Source: Cyanobacteria bacterium J06626_4 (GTDB taxonomy: Bacteria > Cyanobacteriota > Cyanobacteriia > Phormidesmidales > Phormidesmidaceae). Taken from it: a stretch of 64,000 bases of DNA. The DNA lies in the NCBI GenBank assembly GCA_038523235.1, contig JBCBJQ010000012.1:1-64000 (forward strand), in the 5' to 3' direction. Positions within the stretch are counted from its first letter, which is position 1, and the number at the start of each line of letters is the position of its first letter. The position numbers and the translations under genes are program-made. The notes below the pieces were generated by a model. The model made no database searches. It saw only the letters and a program-made list of their open reading frames with translations, and had not been told where the DNA came from. Positions 9,351 through 20,103 of the stretch are shown here, piece after piece.

Positions 9351-11072
9351 ATGTCTTCTCCCAGCGATGCTGAGGCGGCGGCTCCAGCCCCTGCGACTAC
9401 GGCCGCAGTCGTAGGGGCTGATCCTCCGCTATTGTTTGTGATCGACGCGGCCGGTCGGTTGCTGAGCCTCCAGTGGGTGGGGGCCAGGCAACATGCGCTG
9501 GATCTGTCACCGTGGGTCGGGCAACCCCTCAGTGCCTTGATGATTAACCCGCAACTGCCGCAGCCCCTCCCCACAGAGCAGCCCTGGCAATCACCCCAGC
9601 CTTGGCAGCTACAGCTTGCGGCGGTGCAGCTACAGGGGAGCGGCCTGCTGAGTCCGCTCCCGGCGACCCCGGCGGGCGAGCAATGGGTCGGCGCCATGAC
9701 AGTGGCAGCGGTGAGCGACGCGACGTCTCCCGTGGCGGCTTCGCCTCAACCGATTGCCAGGCAGCTGACGCAGCTCACCTGGAAGATTCGCCGGACGCTC
9801 GATCTGGAAACGATTTGGCAGCAAACCCTGGAAGAACTGTCGGCCATTTTGCCGGTCGACTGGGGGATATTTTGCGAATATGTGCCCCACAGTCCTGCCG
9901 CCTCGGTAAGAGCGATCACGTCGCCCGAGACGCCGCTGCCGCTGGCAGCCGAGCTATTGCTCAAGGAGTATGCCAGCTTGCACCAGGCCCTGCGATCGCC
10001 CTTGCCGGTGATCGCGCCGTCTTTAACCACAGCAGTGGCGACCGCCTCAACCGCGCTAGCCGATCGAGGCGAGTATCTAGTCGTCGTCACACGGCATCAG
10101 CGCGAGCCCAACGGCCTGATCGTGCTCAAGTCAGCCACGGTGGAAGGGTGGGCCGGGCTTGATCGCTCGCTGCTGCAGTCGATGGCTGATCAGGTTGGCA
10201 CCGCGATCGCCCACGGCCATCTATTTCGCGATGCCCAAGGGCTGGCCGATGAGCTGCAAGCCGCCAACCAACGGCTCCGCCAAAAGCACAGCGAATTAGA
10301 AGAAGCCCGCCAGCAGGCCGAAGCAGCCTCGCGGCTGAAGAGTGAATTTTTGGCGAACACTTCGCATGAGCTGCGCACCCCCCTGAACGGCATGATTGGC
10401 TTTTTGCGCTTGATTTTGGACGGCATGGCCGACGACTCGGCCGAGCAAGATGAGTTTTTGCAAGAAGCCCATAAGTCGGCCCTGCACCTGCTCAACTTGA
10501 TTAACGATGTCTTAGACATTGCCAAGATCGAAGCGGGCAAGATGCAGATCGACATGTCACCGCTCAACCTGAGCGAGCTATTTGCTGATGTTGAGAACTT
10601 CACGCGCCCCCAGGCCGAGCGCAAACAGCTGCAGTTTGAGATGAATCAACCCTCAACGCACGACCAGATTGTCATCAACGGTAACTATCAGCGGTTGCTG
10701 CAAGTGATGTTGAATTTGGTGGGCAACGCGATCAAATTCACTCATGAAGGCAGCATTACCATCAGTGCCGAAATCAAATCACAGAAAGTCGAATTTCAGG
10801 GGCAAGAGTGGCCCGGCACCGTCAAGGTCAGCGTTGCCGACACGGGCATTGGCGTTTCCCTCGAAAAGCAAGATCGGCTGTTTCAAACCTTTAGCCAGGT
10901 CGATGGCGAGCGGACACGGCAGTATGGGGGCACCGGCCTCGGCTTGGCCATTTCGCAGCGGCTGATTGAAGCGATGGGGGGCGTCGTGCAGTTCATCAGC
11001 ATGGGTGAAGGGTTGGGAGCAACGGTGACCTTTACGGCGCTGCTGTATCAGGCCCCGGTGTTGATTGAATAA
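9351..11072 (+). CDS. Sensor histidine kinase (PAS-like/GAF + HisKA + HATPase)
   Basis: H-box [15 protein letters not shown]-box [11 protein letters not shown]-boxes DTGIG and GGTGLGL. GAF-like segment runs [11 protein letters not shown]...[10 protein letters not shown]. Confidence 0.93.
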   Translation: MSSPSDAEAAAPAPATTAAVVGADPPLLFVIDAAGRLLSLQWVGARQHALDLSPWVGQPLSALMINPQLPQPLPTEQPWQSPQPWQLQLAAVQLQGSGLLSPLPATPAGEQWVGAMTVAAVSDATSPVAASPQPIARQLTQLTWKIRRTLDLETIWQQTLEELSAILPVDWGIFCEYVPHSPAASVRAITSPETPLPLAAELLLKEYASLHQALRSPLPVIAPSLTTAVATASTALADRGEYLVVVTRHQREPNGLIVLKSATVEGWAGLDRSLLQSMADQVGTAIAHGHLFRDAQGLADELQAANQRLRQKHSELEEARQQAEAASRLKSEFLANTSHELRTPLNGMIGFLRLILDGMADDSAEQDEFLQEAHKSALHLLNLINDVLDIAKIEAGKMQIDMSPLNLSELFADVENFTRPQAERKQLQFEMNQPSTHDQIVINGNYQRLLQVMLNLVGNAIKFTHEGSITISAEIKSQKVEFQGQEWPGTVKVSVADTGIGVSLEKQDRLFQTFSQVDGERTRQYGGTGLGLAISQRLIEAMGGVVQFISMGEGLGATVTFTALLYQAPVLIE

Positions 11073-11901
11073 AGCGCGATCGCGCCTGATGATTTTCGGT
11101 GAGGCGCGCCGCGATCGCCGCCCATTGGTCAGTGGCCACGAGCGTCGTCAGCTGTTGAATTTCTTGCTGATAGGCCTGCAGCGATCGCAATACTTCATCG
11201 CGGTTGTAGCGGGCCATCATGAGCCCCAGCTCGGGGTGCCCTCCCCCCACTCGACTAGTATCGCAAAAGCCAGAGCTGGCCAAACTTTCGGCCAACTGTC
11301 GGATGTGAGCATCGGGCTCATGCAGGCAAGCCTGAATGAGGCTGCCGCTAATCATCACCGGGAGATGCGAGATCCAGGCGACGGCGCGGTCATGCTGGGC
11401 CGGCGTGCAGGTTAAGACTTGAGCCTGCAGGGCGGTGGCGAGTTCCGTCAAGACTGCCACAGCAGTGGTTGGGGTCGCTGCCACCGGCGTAATCACATAG
11501 GCTCGCTGGGCAAACAGGTGCGGTTCAGCGACGGCAATGCCCACTTCGGTTTTGCCCGCCATGGGATGTCCACCCACAAAGTTCGGCCAGTGGGGCGTCA
11601 CAGCATCGACGATCGCGCCTTTCACCGAACCCACATCAGTCAAAATCGTCTGGGGCGACAGATGCGGTACCAAGTCAATCGCGATCGCTTCGATCACGTG
11701 AATCGGCGTACAGAGAAACACAATGTCGGCAGCCTGTAGGCTTTGCAGCTCCGTAGAAGCCTGATCCACCGCCCCGCAGGCGATCGCCGCATCGCCAGTC
11801 GCGGCTCGTCGGGCCACGCCCAGCACTTGATGACCTAAACGCCTAAAGTCAAGTCCCAGCGAACCGCCAATCAGGCCGAGACCCACAATGCCAATCTTCA
11901 T
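11032..11901 (-). CDS. tyrA: Prephenate/arogenate dehydrogenase
   Basis: [36 protein letters not shown] and [16 protein letters not shown]. Confidence 0.95.
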   Translation of the reverse strand: MKIGIVGLGLIGGSLGLDFRRLGHQVLGVARRAATGDAAIACGAVDQASTELQSLQAADIVFLCTPIHVIEAIAIDLVPHLSPQTILTDVGSVKGAIVDAVTPHWPNFVGGHPMAGKTEVGIAVAEPHLFAQRAYVITPVAATPTTAVAVLTELATALQAQVLTCTPAQHDRAVAWISHLPVMISGSLIQACLHEPDAHIRQLAESLASSGFCDTSRVGGGHPELGLMMARYNRDEVLRSLQAYQQEIQQLTTLVATDQWAAIAARLTENHQARSRFIQSTPGPDTAAP

Positions 11902-12623
11902 AGTGCCCTTGCTGTGAAAGTCGAGGAGATATCTGACCCAAACCGTACCTGATGACGGGGGCGGTGAGCGCAGCGCCCCCCATCCTGGAGGCCGATTTTA
12001 TGGCCAGTGATCGCCAGCCTTGCTCTTGAGTCAGAGGGCTGACCACACAACGGTAGTCACCTTCAGCAGTTGGAAAACGCCTGTAGGCCACTCATCAGTC
12101 CGCCATCAGACGGCAGTCCAGTCGGTCGCATCACAGATTATTGCAGTCATTTATCAATGACTCAAGATTGGGGCAGCCTAATCAATGGCCTGCTGCTATC
12201 CGGCGCAGATCGAGCTGGGAGTGGCCTCTGAAGAGTAGGCGGAGCAAGGCTAATCCGGCCAATGTGAGGCAGGCCCTGTCAGCCTCGGCACTATGCCGCA
12301 GCAGTTGCTAGACCGGTCGTCAGCGCGGTGGCCCAGCTCGCGCGCTACCCACCCCAAGAGAGGTTACTGAGAAATCACACTGGTCGTAGCTCTACGTTTA
12401 GGTGTCATGACTACACCCCCATCCCACTCGCCAGTACCGCCCTCAGGGGCGATCGGTGAGCAGCAGTGGAGCCGCCCCCCGAATAGAACGGAGTAATTCT
12501 TCTGTCTTGAGCCCCAGCGGCAATCAGCAGCGGCGAGCCTCGATATACTGAGTTGTTGCCCTGCGGGCCGTCTGCCCGATCTTCCAGTTACTGTCGTTCC
12601 TGTTGCCTCTTGTCACGTTGCCG

Positions 12624-14162
12624 ATGACTCTATTACTTCCTTCTGATGCTGGAGCCCAACTCCTGCAACGATATGCCCAAGGAGAGCGCGACTTTTCCGG
12701 CATCAAGCTCAATGAGTGTAGCCTTTCTGGCGCTAAGCTGCCCCACATCATTTTGCGCGGGGCTGACCTCAGTATTGTCAACTTCAGCACGACGAATCTG
12801 AGCCATAGCGACCTCCGCCAGGCCATTCTCAATGTGAGTCGCCTCAGCGGTGCCAATTTGAGTCAGGCTCAACTGCAGCGGGCCCAGCTCAATGTGACTA
12901 ACCTGATCCGAGCGGTGCTAGTCGGCGCTGATCTGTCACAGGCGTCGCTAGTGCGATCAGAGCTATTGCGAGCTGATCTGAGCAATGCCAATCTAACCGG
13001 TGCCAATTTACAAGAGGCCGATCTGCGGGAGGTGCGGCTGCGGTGGGCTAATCTCAACGGCGCCATTCTGATTCGCTGCAGTGGCCGACATAGTAACTTT
13101 CTAGGCGCAAATCTAAGTAACATTCAGGCCAACTCGGCCAACTTAGAAGGGGCCAAACTCAGCGGGGCCGCACTGATGATGGCCGAATTGCGTCACGCCA
13201 ACCTGCGCACCGCCGATCTCAGTGGGGCAAACCTGCGGGGGGCCAACCTGCGATGGGCTAACCTCAGCGGAGCCAATCTGCAGGAAGCTGATCTCACCGA
13301 TGCAAAGTTGAGTGGCGCGGACCTCGGTGGCGCCCAGCTGGAAGGAGCCACGCTGGCCAACACGACTCTGGTGCACGCCGATTTGACCCGCACGAACCTG
13401 CGGGGGCTGCGCTGTGTAGGCTCTGATCTCTCCGGGGCCACCCTGACCGGGGCGCAGATGCACGGCGCGATCGCCTATGACATTCAAACCACAGAAATCA
13501 TTTGCGAGTGGGTCGACCTGAGCCCCGTCGGCGACCAATCTCAGCGGCGCTATTTCAACACTGAAGCTGACTTGCATACGTTCTTAAATCAGCGCCCACC
13601 TCAGGTCACAGTCATTGTTGATCAGGTCATGACCCTCGCCGCTCAGGCCGCCCTCGCCACGATCTTTGAGCACCTAGGAGCAGTCAGTGACGTCTTATCG
13701 CGACCGCCTAATGTTGAACTCACCCATCGGCATACTCAATTTACCTTCGTGGCTGAAGATATCTTGACTCTGGCCGCGATCGCCTACTTAGTTACCTGGC
13801 CGTTTCAAGATGGTCAAGCGTTGCAAAAAACGCTGAAACCCCTCATGGAGTCAGACGCTGCCCCAACGCCACAGTCCGTCATGCAGGCCGAGGCGGCTCG
13901 CGAGATCCAGCAGGTCACGACCGCGCTTCAGAAGCCAGATTTGATGCCGCTGCGGGAGCTGATCAACCATCAGCCCTTTTTTACGACACCGCTTCAGGTC
14001 AAGCTGGCAAATGCCTACGGTCGCACGCTCACGCTTTATCACAACCCACAGTTTGGCGTACGTCGTCTGCCGGTGACGGATAGCAGCAGGCTACCCGTGC
14101 CAATTGAGTTCGTACAATCGCCTAGTTTGGCCGACTATTTAGCCTTTTTGACGCCGCCGTAA
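12624..14162 (+). CDS. Long pentapeptide-repeat protein with a unique C-terminal region
   Basis: LLQRYAQGERDF leader, then roughly 50 A(D/N)Lxx repeats, then CEWVDLSP.GD. Confidence 0.9.
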   Translation: MTLLLPSDAGAQLLQRYAQGERDFSGIKLNECSLSGAKLPHIILRGADLSIVNFSTTNLSHSDLRQAILNVSRLSGANLSQAQLQRAQLNVTNLIRAVLVGADLSQASLVRSELLRADLSNANLTGANLQEADLREVRLRWANLNGAILIRCSGRHSNFLGANLSNIQANSANLEGAKLSGAALMMAELRHANLRTADLSGANLRGANLRWANLSGANLQEADLTDAKLSGADLGGAQLEGATLANTTLVHADLTRTNLRGLRCVGSDLSGATLTGAQMHGAIAYDIQTTEIICEWVDLSPVGDQSQRRYFNTEADLHTFLNQRPPQVTVIVDQVMTLAAQAALATIFEHLGAVSDVLSRPPNVELTHRHTQFTFVAEDILTLAAIAYLVTWPFQDGQALQKTLKPLMESDAAPTPQSVMQAEAAREIQQVTTALQKPDLMPLRELINHQPFFTTPLQVKLANAYGRTLTLYHNPQFGVRRLPVTDSSRLPVPIEFVQSPSLADYLAFLTPP

Positions 14163-14471
14163 AGGGTACCCCGGCTCAGTCACCGATCATCAGCGTTGAA
14201 TCAGACAGCGGCTCCACTTTGCTGAGGCGCTAAGGATGAGCGCGCTCCCAGGTATCCGCAACCGAGTGGCCAGGGCTATATAATACAGGTGCTCTAATTT
14301 GCGAGTCAGTCGCCCGCCCAGTCTGCCCTGACGCTGAGCCAGTGGTCGCTGCCCTCAGAGGTCACCCGTTTAGGCTGCTCATTATGTAGACGGGCTTAAA
14401 AGAGCAGCTCTAGGGCTAGCGGTTGGCTATGATATTAAGCACTGTCCCTGGTGGTTTTGCCCCCTGCCTCC

Positions 14472-16388
14472 ATGCCTACCCCCCGTCTTCATCCCGATAC
14501 GATCGCCGCCGTGCGCGATCGCGCTGACATCGTCGATATTGTCTCTGAGCAGGTGGTGCTGAAAAAACAGGGCAAAGACTATGTGGGGCTTTGTCCTTTT
14601 CACGATGATAAGTCTCCCAGCTTTAGCGTCAGCCCCAGCAAGCAGTTTTACTATTGTTTTTCCTGCGGAGCTGGGGGCAATGCCTACAAGTTTTTGATGG
14701 AGCTGGGGCAGCGATCGTTTTCCGATGTCGTACTTGATCTGGCCAAGCGCTACCAGGTGCCAGTCAAAACCCTCGAACCCGAAAAACGCCAAGAGCTACA
14801 GCGGCAGCTGACCCTGCGCGAACAGCTTTACGAAATTTTGGCGGTGACCACCAGCTTTTATGAGCATGCCCTGCGGCAGCCGGATGGGGCGCAGGCGCTG
14901 ACCTACCTGACGGCAAAGCGCGGCCTGGTAGATGAAACGATCCAACGATTTCAGCTGGGCTATGCGCCGGGCGGCTGGCAGACGCTCTATGGCTACCTGG
15001 TTGATCAAAAAAAGTATCCAGTAGCGCTAGTCGAACAGGCAGGGCTGATTGTCCCCCGCACGTCAGGGAGTGGCTATTACGATCGGTTCCGCGATCGCCT
15101 GATGATTCCCATCCACGACAGTCGGGGCCGGGTGATTGGCTTTGGGGGGCGGGCGCTTGCCGACGCCGATCAGCCCAAATATCTCAACTCTCCCGATACC
15201 GAGCTGTTTGACAAGGGCCAAACGCTGTACGGTCTCGATAAAGCCCGCGCCGCGATCGCCAAAGAAGACCGCGCGGTCGTGGTCGAAGGCTATTTTGACG
15301 TCATCGCCCTGCATGCCGCAGGCAGCGAGACGGCGGTGGCCTCACTAGGGACGGCCTTCAACGCCAACCAGGTGCGACAGCTGCTGCGCTACACCGAATC
15401 CAAGCAGGTCATTCTCAATTTTGACGCCGACGCCGCTGGGGTCAAAGCCGCCCAGCGGGCCATTGGTGAAGTCGAGGCCATGGCCTATCGAGGCGATGTG
15501 CAGCTCCGGGTACTCAACATTCCCGACGGTAAAGACCCCGATGAGTATCTTCAAAACTATCCCATTGAGGCTTACTACGGTCTGCTAGACACCGCCCCCC
15601 TGTGGATTGACTGGCAAATTCAGCAGATTGTGCAGGGGCGCGACCTCTCCCAGGCGGATCAGTTCCAGAATTCTTCCCAAGAAATTGTGGCGCTGCTCAG
15701 CGAAATTGCCAACGCCGACACTCGCACCCATTACGTGCGCCAGTGTGCTGAGTTATTTAGCAATGGCGATGGGCGATTGGTGCCCCTGCTAGCCGAAAAC
15801 CTAATGGTGCAGGTGCGGCGGCAGCGGCGATCGCCCCAGGGCTCCGGCCCCCGTCCCAGCCTGTCATTTACTCAAACCAGTACCCTTGAAGCGGCAGAAG
15901 CAGCCTTGCTGCGGGTATTTATCCACAGTGCTGAACACCGCACTGAGGTGCTCGATATGCTCGAAAGTCGCGACCTGCAGTTTAGCTTTTCTCACCATCG
16001 CTCACTGTGGCAAACTCTGCGCGCTCAGCGCGATGCCCAGCCTGACGAGCTGATTGGCTGGCTACGCGATCGCACTGCCGAATCACCCGCCTTGGCCCAA
16101 ACTCAGCATCTGTTTTATCTGGATGAAAAAACCCATCGCGATGTCCTGCGATCGCCGTTAGTCATTCGCGCGGCAGCAGCCTGCCTCGAACAAACCCTCT
16201 GTGAAAAACGCTACCGCCATTTTTTGCAGCTTTGGAGTGAGGGCGACAATGCCCAAGCCGCAGAGCAACAGGCTTACTACCAAACTCAGATCTATGCGGA
16301 AAAGCGACGGATCGCCGAGTTAGAAAAAGAACGGCAAACTACCTTTGAAGATCTCGCCCGACTCCCTTGGGTTGGCGTTGACAGCTGA
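14472..16388 (+). CDS. dnaG: DNA primase
   Basis: CHC2 zinc finger CPFH...CFSC, FRDRLMIPI, KYLNSPDT, TOPRIM VEGYFDV and FDADAAG, KDPDE. Confidence 0.98.
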   Translation: MPTPRLHPDTIAAVRDRADIVDIVSEQVVLKKQGKDYVGLCPFHDDKSPSFSVSPSKQFYYCFSCGAGGNAYKFLMELGQRSFSDVVLDLAKRYQVPVKTLEPEKRQELQRQLTLREQLYEILAVTTSFYEHALRQPDGAQALTYLTAKRGLVDETIQRFQLGYAPGGWQTLYGYLVDQKKYPVALVEQAGLIVPRTSGSGYYDRFRDRLMIPIHDSRGRVIGFGGRALADADQPKYLNSPDTELFDKGQTLYGLDKARAAIAKEDRAVVVEGYFDVIALHAAGSETAVASLGTAFNANQVRQLLRYTESKQVILNFDADAAGVKAAQRAIGEVEAMAYRGDVQLRVLNIPDGKDPDEYLQNYPIEAYYGLLDTAPLWIDWQIQQIVQGRDLSQADQFQNSSQEIVALLSEIANADTRTHYVRQCAELFSNGDGRLVPLLAENLMVQVRRQRRSPQGSGPRPSLSFTQTSTLEAAEAALLRVFIHSAEHRTEVLDMLESRDLQFSFSHHRSLWQTLRAQRDAQPDELIGWLRDRTAESPALAQTQHLFYLDEKTHRDVLRSPLVIRAAAACLEQTLCEKRYRHFLQLWSEGDNAQAAEQQAYYQTQIYAEKRRIAELEKERQTTFEDLARLPWVGVDS

Positions 16389-16447
16389 GAGGCAAGACAG
16401 TGCCCGTAACCGCCGGACGAAGCTGAATACAGGAACGAGCAAGATCT

Positions 16448-16867
16448 ATGCCTCAAGACTCCCGGAAACAGCTGGGCGATCGCGGCGAGGCGCTGGTGGC
16501 CGATTGGCTGCAGCAACAGGGCTGGAGTATCTTGGCGCAGCAGTGGCACTGTCGCTGGGGTGAACTCGACATCGTGGTGCGATCGCGAGCCGGGGGACTG
16601 GCCTTTGTAGAAGTGAAAACGCGACGCCGCCAAAGCGTTGATCAGGGTGGCCGCTTAGCGATCACCCCTCAAAAGCAACAGAAGCTCTGGCGCGCGGCTC
16701 AACAGTTTTTGCTAGAGCACCCTGAACATAGTGACTCACCCTGCCGGTTTGATGTGGCTTTGGTGACTCAAGGAACCGTGCCTAACGCCTTAATGACGCA
16801 AGCCATCGCGGCACAGCCACCCCTAGCACTCGTGGAATATATCGCAAACGCCTTTCAGCTAGAGTGA
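16448..16867 (+). CDS. YraN family protein (UPF0102)
   Basis: LG.RGE..V..WL...GW.IL, GELDIV, FVEVKTR and CRFDV. Confidence 0.93.
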   Translation: MPQDSRKQLGDRGEALVADWLQQQGWSILAQQWHCRWGELDIVVRSRAGGLAFVEVKTRRRQSVDQGGRLAITPQKQQKLWRAAQQFLLEHPEHSDSPCRFDVALVTQGTVPNALMTQAIAAQPPLALVEYIANAFQLE

Positions 16868-16937
16868 TGGTGACCTGAGGGACTGGCAGCGCTGTTTTAT
16901 CTCGGCGATTTCCTGGCCCCGACAGCTCCCTTGTTCG

Positions 16938-17046
16938 ATAGCGGGCCACAATCAGGTTTGGACACCTTTAATCACCGGATCGCTGACGGCAAGGCCTTTC
17001 CCTACACCTTGAACCCTATACCTTTCTACCCTCTGCTGTACACATC
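16938..17046. repeat. Dispersed ~105-bp intergenic repeat, copy A
   Basis: Aligns with 50242-50348, e.g. TCAGGTT(T/G)GGACAC(C/T)TTTAATC(A/G)CCGGATCGCT..CGGCAAGGCC.TTCCCT.C.CCTTGAACCC. Confidence 0.85.
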
Positions 17047-17216
17047 CCAAAAGTGTGTAGCCCGCTTCAACAAAAGGTCAGCGACAGCGGAAGATCGCTG
17101 ATCGGTAGCGCTACTCTGCAGAATTAGTATTCATTCCGACTCCTGCCATATCTGCCCTGCACCTGGCATGCTCTGCGCCAGCCTCACCAGTCAGGACTGA
17201 TAGAGTCCAACCAGAG

Positions 17217-19052
17217 TCAGTCTGGAGACAGCACAGTACCGCCCAACGCCTGAGGCGACGAGGGGGGAATCCCTTCCAAAACAACGAGGGATTCCATGAC
17301 AGTTTTGACCAGCGGTGCCGCCACGGTTGAGCCATAGGCATCTTCACCTGCAGGTTCATCAATCACAGCGAGGACGGCATAGCGCGGGGCTTCCACCGGT
17401 AACAGACCAATAAAGCTGGTAATCCGCCCCGTCCCATAGACACCCGCCTCTGTCACCTTCTGTGCAGTGCCAGTCTTACCAGCAATGCGATAGCCCGGTA
17501 TTTGAGCAGGCTTGCCAGTACCCTCTGCCACGACGGCTTCCATCATGTCGAGCACGGTGGCGCTCGTCTCGGGCGAAAACACCGTTGGGGGAGCTGGGGT
17601 ATCGGGCTGCCAAGTCAGGTTGCCGAGGTCATCGACTAACCCTTCAATCACGGTCGGCGTTACGAGCTGACCGCCATTGGCGATCGCCGCCTGCAGCTGC
17701 AGCAGCTTGACCGGCGTGAGGACCAGCCCTTGACCAAAGGACGCGGTTGCCGCATCGACCCAGCTGTTGACAAACTGGTCACGATCTTTGAGCAGCGGAG
17801 TGTTTTCAGCGGGCAGGCTGATGCCAGTGGGCTGGTTGAGTTCCAGCTTTTCTAACCAGCCATAAAATTCAGCAGCCGGCAGCCGATCCATCAGGCGCAC
17901 CATGCCGACATTACTGGAATATTTCAACACTTCGGTCAGCGTCAGAGTACCAATGCGGCCCGTCGCCTCATAATCAGAGTTTTGAATAATCCATTCATCA
18001 AAGCGAATTTGCCCTTCATCGTAAACTGTATCCTCAGCGGTCGCCGCGCCCGCTTCGAGGGCGATCGCCACGTTAATCGGCTTAAAGGTTGATCCGGGCT
18101 CATAGAGATCCGTCACAGCCCAATTTTTCAGCCAGGCAAGGTCAGCATCAAAGTAGCGATTGGGGTCAAAGGTGGGCTCCACCGCAAAGGCTCGCATGGC
18201 GCCCGTGTGCACATCCATTACCATCACGGTGCCCCGTTTCGCCCCAAACTGACGCATCGTCTGCCGCAGGGCTTCTTGGGCAACCCGCTGTAAGCGACTG
18301 TCGAGGGTTAGCTTGAGCTGCTGTGAGGAGTCCGCCTGGGGGAGGTTGGCGACGGGCAGAGCCGGCCCCATAACGGTTGGGACTTCGGCCATGGGCAAGG
18401 TCAGCCGCTCTTGATAGGTCGCCTCTAAGCCAGTTTGGGCTTCGCCCTCTAAATTAATGAAACCGACAATTTGAGAAAAAAGATCCTGCTGAGGGTAAAA
18501 CCGCTGTTGGGTTGGAATCAGCTCTAGCCCATCGAGACGTAAGCGTTTGATGCGCTGGGCGTTTTCTTCGGACAGACCGTCAACGAGTCTGACTCCCGTC
18601 GCTTGGCTTTTCAGCTGCTCAGCTAATGTCCCGGACGGCATCTCCAAGAGTGGACTCAAGGTATTAGCCACCACCCCAATCGGCTGCCGAAACAGGGCCG
18701 GATGACCATAGAGGGTGTAGACCAAACGATCGACGGCCAGGGGCGTACCCTGGTTATCGACAATGGCTCGACGGGCCACAGCCAGCTCCAGGCCCCGGGC
18801 TTGCTGGTTATGGGCCACGGCCTGTAGGGCATCCCCTTGCACGAGCTGCAAGTAGGCTAACCGCCCGGCCAGCCCCAGGGCAACCACTAAAAGCAAGGCC
18901 CAAATCAGAGCAATGCGGCGTCGGGCCAGGAAGATGGGCGAGCTAGACCGTCGGCGCAGAGGCGTTGACAGATGAGGGCGAGCCGCCAGTCGCCGCGATC
19001 GCGAATGGCCAGACCGCTTACGAACAGAAGGGTAGGAACGCCCCATCAACAA
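17217..19052 (-). CDS. ftsI: Class B penicillin-binding protein (FtsI/PBP3)
   Basis: N-terminal TM helix; SxxK (EPGSTFKP), SxN (YSSNV) and KTGT motifs. Confidence 0.9.
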   Translation of the reverse strand: MLMGRSYPSVRKRSGHSRSRRLAARPHLSTPLRRRSSSPIFLARRRIALIWALLLVVALGLAGRLAYLQLVQGDALQAVAHNQQARGLELAVARRAIVDNQGTPLAVDRLVYTLYGHPALFRQPIGVVANTLSPLLEMPSGTLAEQLKSQATGVRLVDGLSEENAQRIKRLRLDGLELIPTQQRFYPQQDLFSQIVGFINLEGEAQTGLEATYQERLTLPMAEVPTVMGPALPVANLPQADSSQQLKLTLDSRLQRVAQEALRQTMRQFGAKRGTVMVMDVHTGAMRAFAVEPTFDPNRYFDADLAWLKNWAVTDLYEPGSTFKPINVAIALEAGAATAEDTVYDEGQIRFDEWIIQNSDYEATGRIGTLTLTEVLKYSSNVGMVRLMDRLPAAEFYGWLEKLELNQPTGISLPAENTPLLKDRDQFVNSWVDAATASFGQGLVLTPVKLLQLQAAIANGGQLVTPTVIEGLVDDLGNLTWQPDTPAPPTVFSPETSATVLDMMEAVVAEGTGKPAQIPGYRIAGKTGTAQKVTEAGVYGTGRITSFIGLLPVEAPRYAVLAVIDEPAGEDAYGSTVAAPLVKTVMESLVVLEGIPPSSPQALGGTVLSPD

Positions 19053-19086
19053 ACCTCAATACAAAGATGGCCCAGATCAAGCTGGC

Positions 19087-19593
19087 CTAATAGCCCTTAG
19101 GAAAAAATCGCTGACCAGCGCCCAAGGCGTCGGCCGGCTCCGATACCGGAGCCAATGGCGAGGCTGGCAGGGGTGCTGCTTCTAGAAAAATGACGTCCCG
19201 AGGATGTAAATTGCCGTTACGCATCTCTGTCCGGGCCGCTTGAGCAAGATGGTTTTTAAACACGGCATTGGCCGTCGTTAACTGCTGCTGTTGATCTTGC
19301 AGTTGTTCTAGATGCACCGTAGCAGCAGTGAGCCGTCGATGAGTATTAACGGTGAGGGCATAGGCGGCCAAGGCCCCCGCCAAGCCCAACGTCGTCGCCA
19401 CTACCGAAACGCGCTGCCCCGCCACCAAGAGTTTCAGCCAAGTGGGGCGATCGCGCTGCTGAGCCGAGGGAAACACTGCAGGAGCAGCCGGCTGTGTCGA
19501 TGGCAATGCCGTCAGGCGACGCCGCGACTGAGACCGCATCGACGGTGCTGATGGCCGAAGCTCCACTTCTTGAGATTGCAATGCTGCAGACAT
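19087..19593 (-). CDS. FtsL-like bitopic coiled-coil protein upstream of ftsI
   Basis: One hydrophobic segment followed by a heptad-like LEQLQDQQQQLTTAN stretch; lies immediately upstream of ftsI. Confidence 0.6.
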   Translation of the reverse strand: MSAALQSQEVELRPSAPSMRSQSRRRLTALPSTQPAAPAVFPSAQQRDRPTWLKLLVAGQRVSVVATTLGLAGALAAYALTVNTHRRLTAATVHLEQLQDQQQQLTTANAVFKNHLAQAARTEMRNGNLHPRDVIFLEAAPLPASPLAPVSEPADALGAGQRFFPKGY

Positions 19594-20103
19594 CCACTTA
19601 CTCCTGATTCACACCCAGTTATTGCCTTCCCGTTATCCTGTGCTGACGGCCTGCCCCCTAAGATTAAGCGCCATAGTAGCGTGCGGCTGGGGACTCAGCA
19701 AGTATTTTTTAGACGTCGGGGCTAATCGCCGAAACTCGCTCCCATAAAATAACTCAAGCCTCTCAATTTGCCACCCCTTGCGATAATTTTTTGAGCCATG
19801 AGCGCCCGCCAACCGGCCTAACAATCACACCACCGCCCCACCCCATCATCGCGAAACGGCTGGGATCATCCATGGGGGCCAAAACGTGACGGCTCCTCTA
19901 GATGGCACTCGGATTAGCTGTGAGAGCAACGATGAGTCGACCGAGAGGCTGGGAGCATCGGTTTAGCCTCTCCTCAGCAGCACTCTTAGCACTCAACTGG
20001 TGAGCACGAGCCCAGGCAGACATCCTCTCAAGTACCTGACAGGTCTGCGCAGCGATCGCTCGTCACGCTTGGGCAGATCGTACCGGGGCCGGCATGCAGC
20101 GCC

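Noticed and set aside
11032..11072. 41-bp convergent overlap of the kinase and tyrA
   Set aside because: Short 3' overlaps are common and both proteins look complete.
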